This document shows, piece after piece, positions 1 through 11,746 of a stretch of DNA of 64,000 nucleotides (position 1 is the first letter of the stretch; every line of letters begins with the position of its first letter). This stretch comes from Bugula neritina (taxonomy: Eukaryota; Animalia; Bryozoa), in NCBI GenBank assembly GCA_964035545.1, contig OZ037765.1, positions 12,534,698-12,598,697 on the forward strand, read 5' to 3'. The translations under genes and the position numbers were made by a program. Below the pieces are notes generated by a model. That model ran no database searches. It had not been told where the DNA came from and worked only from the letters and a program-made list of their open reading frames with translations.

Positions 1-87
1 GAGTTTAAAATTTAATGTGCACAAATTAATGTGCTGCTTGTTATTTTTGTCATATTATTATCAGTGAATTCATATAATCTGTTGCAG

Positions 88-480
88 AAACCCACAGTCA
101 CATGTGCTAAGCCCTCACCAGAACATGAGTTTACCGAAGTATGTAAATTCTTATATACAGTTTTAATAACTAATATTACACTAGAGCTAATCAACTGGTA
201 TTACAGGATTAGTAAACATAAAAATTGGTTATTAACAATCACCAAAAGGTACTTATGAGTAAATAATATTTCAGGGCTGCTATACTGGACATTGCCAATT
301 CTGTTTCATGGATAGAGGGGTACATGTTGGAAGGAGAGGCCAGAGTAAGTGCATTACTTTTTAATAGACTTTGATTTTAATTTGCATTAAACTGTGAATA
401 TTTTGTCTGAGTATAACTTTATAGCAATGGGCAAAAACTATTTTATAATTCTTTAGACTTCAGAGGTAGAAGGTCTATGA
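88..480 (+). CDS. Probable last exons of an unidentified gene that starts left of the window
   Basis: Exons 88-138, 275-344 and 457-480 have AG/GT boundaries and join in frame as ...NPQSHVLSPHQNMSLPKAAILDIANSVSWIEGYMLEGEARTSEVEGL*. No homology recognised. Confidence 0.35.
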
Positions 481-1629
481 AGAAAAGACTCAAGAGGTTC
501 TTCAAAACTAAATTATGCTGTTGCCTGTTTCCAAACGATAATGATGTTGATGTGCTTTAATAATTTATTATATTATATTTAATATGCAATAAACCATATT
601 CTGTTATTTTAGTTTTATTTTCAAAATTTGATCGATATTTAATTCAAACTTGTTACCATTATAATATAATGGTGATATAGTGATATAATTATATTATATA
701 CATGATAATTCATTAGAACAGAAGTTAAAATGAGATGACAACTACAAACAAGAATAACTCAAATCTCCCATAATATAATTTAACAGCTGCTCATAATATT
801 TCATGGTATATAAAACCAGCAATTTACATGAACTTTGATTATTTAGTTAAACAGAATGAAATTGGAAATAAAAGAAAACTGACATGTTGAACAGCCGTAA
901 TGAAGCACAGAGTTACAGGTCATGTTGAACTAAATATTTCTGTTAGATTAGAATGAAGAAGCTAAAGTAGAGGTTTCTGGTCTTTTTGGTTTATTATATG
1001 GAGCTGATGGCATCTCGACTGTGGCTTTCTTAGGGCTGAGATTTGGAAGTCTTTCTGTGCTTTCTCCTTTATATATTTTCCCATCAATTGGCCAACTACC
1101 ACATGGTTATGCACATTTATAGTTGGGTAGGGACTAGTTTGGTCAATTGTGCATTCTTGAATTACCTGGATTTATTTTATACTTTTAATAGTAATTTTTT
1201 TCAGTTGAAATAAAACGTACCAGTTAGGAAAGCAGTGATTGCTAAAACACGAAATACCCTTAAAATTTCTTTGCAATTTCTAATTTAAAATTTTCAGGTC
1301 AATGCAGAAAAGGGAAAATAGCTGAAGATTTCCAGTTCCCAGTTCATTAGCATTGAGAAATATTTGGAGCACAAGCAGCATGCTGTTTTTCATATATAAC
1401 TGATTTAAATTCGAAACAGTATAGAATTAAAAAACTTATCTATACACCTCTACACCAACTGGTTGAGTTGTAATATATGTAACCGTAATGTAAAATGCAT
1501 AGATAGTTTAAACAAGACCTAGAACATGGTTCTAAGAAATAACATTTTTAGACAAGCCCTTATATTTAGTGTTATACTCGTATTGTAACGGTCAGTAGAT
1601 AATTAGATACATACTACATAATATGCAAA

Positions 1630-1849
1630 CTAGTATATTACAGGGTTGTAATTCTTGGCTTGTCTCATGTGTCTCAATGGATTTACCATAGTGTAGGTAC
1701 CACCAGCAGGTCTTGGTGAACTGTAGATGTCAAAGTATGGATTCTCTCTATCTTGGAATTGCTGTCTAATTTTCTTTATTTCATAAGTTGTGTATGGGTG
1801 GTACGTCTTATGTCCCGACACACTCCCTTGAGCAGGTAAACTCTGTGGG
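1630..1849 (-). CDS. Putative terminal coding exon of an unidentified gene
   Basis: A tttag acceptor is followed by an open frame PQSLPAQGSVSGHKTYHPYTTYEIKKIRQQFQDRENPYFDIYSSPRPAGGTYTMVNPLRHMRQAKNYNPVIY*. It is richer in GC than its flanks. Upstream exons were not located. Confidence 0.35.
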
Positions 1850-2112
1850 CTAAACATAATTATGATAAATACTTTCATAACTTCCTTAAAGTATTGCAGC
1901 CAATTGTTGATCAGATAGAAGGTTGTTGTGGCACATGGCATAAACATTCAACATCTGATTTTATAGCTTATAAAAACACTCTTGCATAGACATACAACTA
2001 TTGCATGGCATAGACTATATACTTACATTCGACTTTATAATTTATTAAAATAGTGTTTTATATAAATAAAACATAGATGCATTATAGATATAAACATGCA
2101 TGCATTATAGGT

Positions 2113-2320
2113 ATAGATATAGATATATAGATATAGATATAGATATAGATATAGATATAGATATAGATATATAGATATAGATATAGATATAGATATTGAT
2201 ATAGATATAGATATAGATATAGATATAGATATAGATATAGATATAGATATAGATATAGATATAGATATAGATATAGATATAGATATAGATATAGATATAG
2301 ATATAGATATAGATATAGAT
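2113..2320. repeat. (ATATAG)n hexanucleotide microsatellite
   Basis: Near-perfect tandem ATATAG; it explains the ISISIS ORF. Confidence 0.95.
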
Positions 2321-3127
2321 ACTTTGTAATTCATGAACAAAACAATGTTTTATGCTTAGCAGCGTTCAGTTGGGAGAAACTGCATATGCTGCTGTAACCA
2401 TCACCAGCCTCTCTAAGCTTCTGTGATTATTCAGTCAGATTAGTCTTAGATTTTCCAGTAAAAGAGGGTTTGGTGAGAACCCTACATTCAATTTTTAAAA
2501 TACGTTGACTCAAAGCCCTTCCCCTAACTCTAAATAACATGAATACTTTGACTCATAACAATAGAATGATTGACAGGTGTGTGATGTAATCATCCTGTAG
2601 ACATCATCTTCATCTTGCTGGTAAGACAGCTGAAGCTGATTGTCACAACTAAATCAGTGAGAGTCACATGTCTTCAAGCACAGCTTAACATACGAGGCAT
2701 TCAGCTAAACACTTTCTATCAATTTGGTAGATGAATTTACGGTTGAAACTTAGCCCAATAAATAACACTCGGCTCAGGTTGCATGTGCAGAAGACTCCTT
2801 AATTTGTGGAGTTTTCTTCATTGGGCAGAGTTATCATCTCAATCATTGGAGAATTTTTAAACTACCTCCTCAAAACAAAACTTATGTTCAGCTCCAACTT
2901 ATAAAAACAAAACTTTCAAATTATTTTAAATGCTAATATTTAAATATCACGGAGATCTTTAGAGAATAATATTATAGTATTATAACTTCTGATCCATGAA
3001 TACATCGTATCTTTACTCAGAATGCACATGATTTTTCTCACATTATCACCATATATGATATCTAGTTTTTCACTTACTATAATATGCAATAATTTGACTA
3101 GAAAATGTCATTCCATTACAAGTAGCA

Positions 3128-6100
3128 ATGGTGAGTCAGTGCTGAGTGAAAATACTTGTTATTTTGTCGTAAAAGGACCTCTTGTAGTCAAAATACTATT
3201 AACATGTTGACACAATCTTCTCCTAAGATTTTCATAGCATTAGATGTTACTCTCTTTTTATTATCTTTTTAAATTGTTTTGTAGCGGATTGCAACTTCTT
3301 GTGTAATCGTTTTTGTGAGTGTGACAGCCATCTTGGCTGTCACCGACCAAGAGTTCAAAAAGCTGAAAGATGCGGTAACATCTATGACCAAACAAATCAC
3401 GGTATGTGCAAACTGTGGCAATAGAACACTTGATATTTTCACATTTAGATATAGAAGCTTTATTGCAATAATATTGCTTTCCTAATATTTTAAAGATAAA
3501 TGTTCCGATTTACTGAGCATTCAGGCATTCATAAATATGTCTGAAATGCTAACTTAAAATAAATGGGTCACTTTTTTCTGTTAAGGATATGCAAAAGACA
3601 GCGACAACTCAGAGGAATGTGATTACCGCTCTAGCCAGGCAGGTGAGTCAGCAGCAGCTACACGCTGAGGAGACAGCAAGATCATACGGTGACTCCGGAC
3701 TCAAGATTACTCGCCTCACAAGAACTGGCTCCAAGCCTTACTTCATGACATCTTTTGCTGGTATATGCCTTAAAACATGCTTATTTTTAAAGGTTTACAT
3801 TGTCCATGTTCATTAGCAAATTAATCTTAGTTCTCTGGAAACTTAAGGCATAGTTTCAACTATAGTTAAAAAATAAAAAGTCCTAATTTATTTACTTTCT
3901 TTTGAAATAGAAATTAAATTTCTATTATTTTCACAATGTGCATTAGTTTCAATTACATTATGCTACACTACTAACATACATAATATATTGCATATTCTGT
4001 AGTCTAATATAGACTCTGTTTTGTAAATATCAACACTATAGTTTGTTTCAGAGTCCATCGTGCCAGAATTGTAACTGCTGTGTGGCGGTAATTTTTTTGA
4101 CTTTTCTGGAATACACAACACATACCTGCATTTATGTTATTATTTCATCTAATAAGATCTGAGTCACTGTTTAATATAATTGCTAATTATTTTTGAGGTA
4201 GACTTAAAAGTAGCAGCTATCCACGATCATTCAAACTACAGAGGAACTGTTGGTATGGGAGAGCTGATAGCTGTTCTGAATGGTGTAGAGTTTAGAACTC
4301 GTCACAATGACTACAAGATGCGAATGCCATCTCGCACCAATAAAAAATACGGAGCTACTGAAAATATTCCCTACCCTGCAGTACCGCCGCAGGTAAAATC
4401 TTAACATTTTTACACTTAAATGCAGATGGAAAATATTGGCCTCAAAGTAGTTTTTTACAGACAATGGTGTCCTAGCTTTTCATATGTGCCATATGCAGCG
4501 TATTTTATCCATATAATGCAAAAATATTTCTAAAAGTGTAAGTCATTGTTGATATAATCTTGGTTCAAGTGCAAGCTGTTATCTTTCAAAATATTCTTGA
4601 CTTTTACCCGATTTGATTTAACTTCACAGCAAAGATGCTTAAATCCTGCTTGTCACCAGACATTTTACATGGCAACAAAAATTCCCAAGTTTTACAAAAC
4701 TGTCAAAAAGATTTTTCTGAACATGAACAGCTTAAGAATTTACTCGCCCTAAACCTAAACAATATCAAAAGATTAAAAAGTTGCAAAATCCTAAATAATC
4801 CAATAAATTTGAAGTTGATTTGGAGTGTTAAAAAATGTACACTAATGAACAAAATTATTGCTATAGCAAACTTGGTTTTCAATCATGTAACAACGAAATA
4901 TTTTTGTATGAGCAGCCAGCTGTTTAAAAACCTAAAGATACAACAAATAAAGTTGTAAATGTTGACTTTTTTAAGCAGATATACTGTTTATTAATTTTAT
5001 TGCAAAAAAATGTGTATAGGGACATGATTTGATTATTAAGCAAAAGAGTTTTTGTCAGTAATAGCGTTATTACATAATATAGAGAATGGTAGTGATGTAT
5101 AGAAAAAACTTTCCTATAACAGGTTCTGTCCAAGCCCACTTTGGATCTGCAGATTCAGGAGATGAGAGAATGGTTTAAGGCGTGGAAGAACTCTGACCAC
5201 AGTAAAAGAGACTACAGGAAGTACTTCAAGGTAAGTGAATTCATAGAATGAGTTGGTGAGAAAGAGCAGCTGGCACTGCAGCTGATATTACTTTTTCAAA
5301 ATATGCAGCAGATACATTGAGATGATATACACTGTGGGTGACATCAGCTTCCTTTGAAGTTGATAAAGAGTAGCTATACTTAGTTAAGTTAATGTTGAAC
5401 TCGTTGTGGTGTTTCCACATTGAAGATATATATAAAATTTTATTTTTCAATTGTGATATATAATGAGCGGTACATTAAGAAAGGATTGAAAAGAAAATTG
5501 GGTTTTTCTTTGCAATTTTTTAGAAAAGTTTTTTAGTGAACTTGTATGTTTTTTTCGGATTATAATCAAACTTTGCAATAGATCTTGCATGAACCTGCTT
5601 GATAAACAGTTAATACAGGCCCGATTGACTCAAAGGCCTTTAATATTAAAATATTTAGAGATATGGTGTTTATGCAATAGGCTAACCTGTGTTACTTGGA
5701 AGGGCAATGGACTAACGCCAAAGAAGACAGCATAGATGAACCATTTGCTAGTGATAGACATGCTATTGATGCTAAAAGCTTTTTTGATCTGCAAGTAAGT
5801 TATAAGAACTAATTATTTAGATTGCTGACCATGCCTCTCTGAATTGAGCATAAAAGTCTCTAAACCTATAATACTAGTATATCTGTATGAATTGTTTTAG
5901 TCTAAGATAAAGTATACATCAGCAACAGGTAGAAAAAGCACAAAAGAAAACTACGCTTACCTTCCAACGACTATAGCAGATGTGGACGAACATGGAAACA
6001 TCATTTATTCTCAATGGAACTACCAAATCCTCTGCCATCCCTTGAAACGCAATGTTCCCCTGACCAGGTATAACATGTCTTCATTGAACAGAAAAGTTTT

Positions 6101-9100
6101 TTATAACACTTTTTTACTAAAACTAATAAGCCAAATGATTACTTAAGTAACAGCAGCTTGTTACTGTTGACAACTGTTGCCCTTTATATACTATTTTATT
6201 ATTGTTTTTAAAACATACAACAACCAATTGTTTGATTGATTCTTTTCAACATAGACTAATTGCTTTATATCTTTGATAAGTACCAACCATTTGAGTTTGT
6301 TGAGAAATAGTTTTAACGGTCTAAACAGTTTTGTTAACTTTTATAATTAGAAATTGTTATAGGTAATATTAAAGCACTTTAATGTCTGCTCTATTGTGAA
6401 CGCAACTGATAGTGTTGGACACATTGGTGTTAAATGGTTGAGTATTTAACTAAAAATACATTTCAAAACCAAAACGTCTAAAGTGTTCATATTCCAGGTT
6501 TCGATTGGAAGAAGATCTTTCCCCAAGAGTGGCTAATGGTAAGAAGTTTGATGACCAGTTTTATGAAAGAGCCGCCAGATTCTCTCTTTATGAAGATGTC
6601 AAGGACAATTTCAACAGGAAGGATGCCTACAATCGGCCATTTGTAGGAACTTTCCTTGATTTACTTATGGCGGAAATACCAGGTACGTGGATTATACAGG
6701 GAGTAATAAGAAACAATTTAATAATGACAACCATAATAATTCTATATTGAAATAAAAAAAGGAAAGCTACATGCAAGCATTTCAATATAAACCAAACAAT
6801 AGTCTTCAATTTGATTTTACATATTTGCTTTCAGTTTGTGATAAAAAATGTTCAAGTTCAAGTTTGGTAATTGCCTTCTTTTAGAAATAAAGTTGATCGT
6901 TTTCATTCCACGACAGAGTTGATTTTGTAACAGGTGAAACTCAAAGTTTTAAATCTGTCTTCTATAGGTAAAGACAACTACCCAGCCAAGTTGACTGACA
7001 ATGCTTTTAATGAAATGGCTTATGAAATTGACGCAAACATTACAGCAAAGCCAGCACCTCTGAATGTTGGATACTATCATAAGTAAGAGTTATAATGAAC
7101 TCTTTGGTGCAGTTCTAAGATATAATATCAAATTAAATGTTCTCAAACTAATAGCTCCATTATATGGCATGTTGACCAACATTCTAATAATACCTAAGCT
7201 GATATATAAATAATGCTTGCTTGCTTGCTCTGTTTTTATTATTCTCTCAAATTGCCTATAAGCATACTATTAAATCTTCAATAAATTCGCAGTTGCAAAA
7301 ACAATAATGTTTATGAAATTATTATTGCAAATAATATATTATAATTTATGTTCTTTAAGTGCATACAAGGTTGATGCACTCGATGCAATGGGAGTGAGCA
7401 TCAACAGGAGAGGCTTCTCAGATGCCAGTCTCTATGTAGCTTACAATAGCCAAAGCAAAGTGACACTGAACAAGGTATGTGATAGACCATAACATTACAT
7501 ACATGATATATATTGCAGCTCACAGTACAAGACACGTTTTCATTGGTCTATTGGTAGTGAGCATTGCAGTGACAAGCATTTTCAATAATATTAATGCGTT
7601 AATATATTATGATATTTTTGTTAATCATTTAGGAAGTGAATGTTGTAATCTTATATTGTAGTTTATTGATCTACCAACTCTTTGTATATATAAGTATTGA
7701 TAAATATAAAATATATTGGAAATATACTGTATATAGTTATGTAATATATGTTATGTAACAGAAATAATTCGAATAATGTGATGCATTTTAATAGCATAAC
7801 TTTATAAATTTATATGAATTCATAGAACTTATCAAACCTATTGTTTTATTATTGTCACATGTAACTTTTCACTCTGGGCAGATTTTATGTATATTTTGTT
7901 TAGTCTTTTAAGCAAATGCTTTGTAGCTGAATACTTGTAAAATTTGATGACTAAATAATCCTTTATGCTGAATATGCATAAAAAAACATAAATAGAATTT
8001 TTTATTAAAACATTACTTTTTATAATCTTATTAGGTTGTTGGAAGATGCAAGAGAATAACAAACTGTACAAACTACTTACATAAGGTATGCTTCTATCAT
8101 ATATTTTCTAGTATTTTAAGAATAATATTGGTTTCACTTTCAGTCAGCAAATTTAAACTCAGTACTTTTTGAAAAGAAAGCTCTATTTCACATTTTAGCA
8201 CATTGTATACATAGCATATAACTTCACTTTTGAAAATGACTAGCACCTGTAAACCTGGTGCAAAAGCTAGTACAAATATGTTATTAAATTACTTATTTAA
8301 ACGACAGAAAAGGTGTCAAAAACGGTGCCTATAATATTGGAGTCGTCTATCTCAATCAAGTTTTTTCTCATCAAGTATTGGCATTTACAACAGTTATATA
8401 AAAATCGGATATAGAATGATTAGCATTGAAGTCTTTGCTTTATTATGCTGAATGCGCTTTTTTGCAGACTACTGGCTGTGATTTACATTACTGCCCTAAG
8501 TTTGAGCATCGTGTGTCGTATGCTGTGCCATTAGAAATCATCTATACAACTCCTTTGCAGACGTGGAACCCATATAAATTATTTCATCATAAAGGTAATA
8601 TATAAGCTTTATATACTGCATGTGACGGCCTGTATGCATAAATTTGGTATATAGTGAAAGGTGATGAGTCATTGTAGTTTAATAAATTGATTATATTTTA
8701 TTGCATTAATCTCCATATAGCTAATAAAAGATCCATCATATTACATAAGGTTTATTGGAATGAATTGTATTCACATGCAATGAATATTTAGTTTTAAGAA
8801 TCTATGTACAATGCAGCAGCACATGAGAGGTTCGTTAGCTAAATGTATGCTTTCAGTCTTACTGCCCACTTTTTATTGCATATAAAGGATATTCTTATAA
8901 CTGTTTCACTCCAACACAACACTTAGCAATTCTTTAAATTAATAAAATAGAATAACTAAGTATTCTCTCACTATTAACATAGTAATAGTTGGTATCGAGA
9001 GAATTGCATGACAATTATATTCTAAAAGTCAACCCATAATTTGCCTTTGATTCTAACTAAAGAGTGATAATTTTACAATAAATAGCTGCTTAAATTTGTG

Positions 9101-11746
9101 TCTATCTTCATATAACCATAAAATATGACTTCTTTGTTAGCATTAAACTTTTTTGTTGAACTTTTAGTTATTGGAAAACCAGTTACAGAAAAAAAGGTGA
9201 ATAATCTCAACAGAAATGGGCAGCTCACCAAAGACCGGGCATATTATGGAGTTAGTGACAAGTACTACTTCTTAACTCCCTCAGAGTTTTATGGCAAGTA
9301 TTAATAGTAACATAATTTAAGGATCAAGTAGCAAACCTAACTGGTTTAATGTTAAGAAACGTTCATATCTAAGCAGTAATCAATCTCCAATTAAATATGT
9401 AATGTACATGATATATGCCTCTCATTAGTAACTATGAAGCATCTAAAACATACATAAAAACACTCCTGCAGAAAAATCTAAAGTTGGAGGAAAAGCTGAT
9501 AGCGCTGATACTGTAAGAAGAAATGACATCGGAGTTCTTGACCCTGCAGGAAAAGTCAGGTTTGGTGAAAGCTTTGAACTGTGAATTAATTTTGATGAAT
9601 CGTATGCAGTGGTTATCATATAATATTTACATGCAATGGTATATTACATAATATTAGTAATATATTATGTGATGGGAGTAATATAATACATGGCAGGAGT
9701 ATTAGATTATGCAATAATATAATATAATTATGAAAAAATAGATTATATTATACAGGAAAACAGATGTACTATATGTTATATGATAGAAGTAATATATAAT
9801 GTATTAGGAGTAATCGGTTATATGCTAAGAAGAATATATTAAGTGATAGGAAAATTATTATATTTTATAATAAGAGTAATATTATATTATATAATAGGAG
9901 TTATATTATAATATATAATAAAAGTTATATTATATAACAGGTGTTATATTGTATTATGTAATAGGAGTATGGTGCAAAGTGGAATAAGTATCATGACTAA
10001 AGAGATACCAGATGTTGGTAAAATGAGGATTCGGTACCCAGTGATGCCGATCCATGACTTTGGAAATGTTTTGTACAAGGAATTGAGCGCTCTTTCAGAC
10101 ATGACATTGAAGAAGAGCACGTATGGGAAACTCTACCCTGGTGTTAGAGCTGATAATGGTACAATTGAAGAGGTAATGTATGAGATAAACAGCAATATTA
10201 CCTGCTCACACTAAGCTTTAAACAAGAGTTCAGTGCTAACTTGAGCTATGTGTTCATTACTCGTTCCATCAGAAGCCTGTTCCAGCTGTTCTAGCTGAAA
10301 GCTGCCCACGCTTAGGTATAGGCTAGTCAGCAGCAAATATAAATTTATTCTTGCCTCACCCACATAAATGCAGTTCAACACAGCTTGACATGAATAACTA
10401 CATTTACTGAAAAATTTCCCGACATAATTAAACTGCAACTACTAACCTAAGTTATAAGATATCATCTTCAAATAACACATCTCCATTCAATCAAATAATA
10501 ATCCTGGATAGAAGCATATCCAAAAGGTAAGACAACTCAAATAATATTTAATATTGGCGAGTTGAATGCTTAAACACACCACTAACAGCAGATCACTTTA
10601 GAGTCTAACACAATGAATGTATTGCCAATAGCGGCACTGAAGGTCTAAGAGCTGTAGTGTGAATAAGGAAAAGAGAGAAAACATGAAAGGTACAAGAGTA
10701 GTAGCACGAAACATACTGTATACTCAACACACATGTTATTTTTGTAAAGCAAAAATGTAAATGTCATGTTATGAACTTACAATGGTCTTTAAGATTTGCG
10801 AATTTGTCTAAATTTTAAAATATGAATTTATTATATTCTACATTATATGCAATTAACTCTATGATCACCTGAAAAAAAATTAGTAATATGATGATGAATA
10901 ACTTTGGATGTATCTGAGTAAAGCTAATATTTTAAAAGTTTAATGGATTATATATTTAAATAGTGTGTAAATTTGCATTCTCTGCTTAAAAACTCCAATA
11001 AGTTGACTAAAATTTCTTTTGATATACAGAAAATACACTATCTTTTGAGCACATTGCAATTAAATAGAAAATATTTTGTTATATATAGAAGTACAAAATA
11101 CTTTACTTAACCAATAATGATATTTAATTAATCAGTCTCGTAATATGAATTACATGCTATTGCATGGTACCATTTGTTGAGACTCAACTATTCATTTTTT
11201 TCTAATTTTCAGCTACATGCATATAAAATATTTGCTGTTGTCATAAAAAGTATATTTCCTGTATCCAGGTGTTTGCATTTGAGACAAGAGTTTCTACTAC
11301 TACTCCACCAGGCATCCATATTCACTCGCTAGAACTCACCCTGTCTGAGATCAATCAACTTAAGAGTGGAAAGTTCATCCACGTTGAAACATCTGTCAAC
11401 TCCGGCCATAGTCATAACCTTGAATTGAGGTATCTGGAAAAATGGAACACCAGTAAGTGTATCTAAAGAATAGTGCAGGTCTTTGTTCTAAAATATTTGC
11501 TTTAATTTGTGACTATAAAACTCATATTTTTCTTTATTATTTCCCTTATTTGAAGTTGAGCAGAAGCTGCTAAAAATAGGTAATATACATGAGTTCCAGG
11601 TATTGGCAAACTCTCTCTATATACTTGTTTACTCAATATTTACAGTTGCCATAAAGAAGTGTGATGGCAACTGGTCTAAATGCTGGGATGGCCATATTGG
11701 TAAACTGTATTGCCCAGACTGCAGACTTGGGACTCCAATTAGCTAG
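3128..11746 (+). CDS. Uncharacterised secreted protein, paralog A (about 724 aa, 17 exons)
   Basis: join(3128-3130,3285-3401,3586-3760,4202-4392,5123-5230,5681-5794,5901-6067,6498-6682,6968-7082,7360-7474,8035-8085,8468-8594,9168-9293,9472-9559,9965-10172,11269-11452,11646-11746) = 2175 nt in an open frame. Signal peptide MRIATSCVIVFVSVTAILA. Motifs HDHSNYRGTVGMGELIAVLNGVEFRTRHNDY, CYLEGQW, YAVPLEIIYTTPLQTWNPY, HIH/HSH and CDG..KCWDGH..CPDC. Exon-by-exon collinear with paralog B. Confidence 0.9.
9600..9960. repeat. Degenerate AT-rich minisatellite in a paralog A intron
   Basis: Recurrent ~20-bp units resembling ATATATTATATGATAGGAGTA. Confidence 0.6.

Noticed and set aside
207-248. Possible extra exon of the left-edge gene
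   Set aside because: It would require a 26-nt intron, and the frame is preserved without it.
2035-2340. 101-aa ISISIS ORF
   Set aside because: Translation of the (ATATAG)n microsatellite.
8308-8324. Possible microexon in paralog A
   Set aside because: Its phase is incompatible; exons 11 and 12 join directly, as in paralog B.
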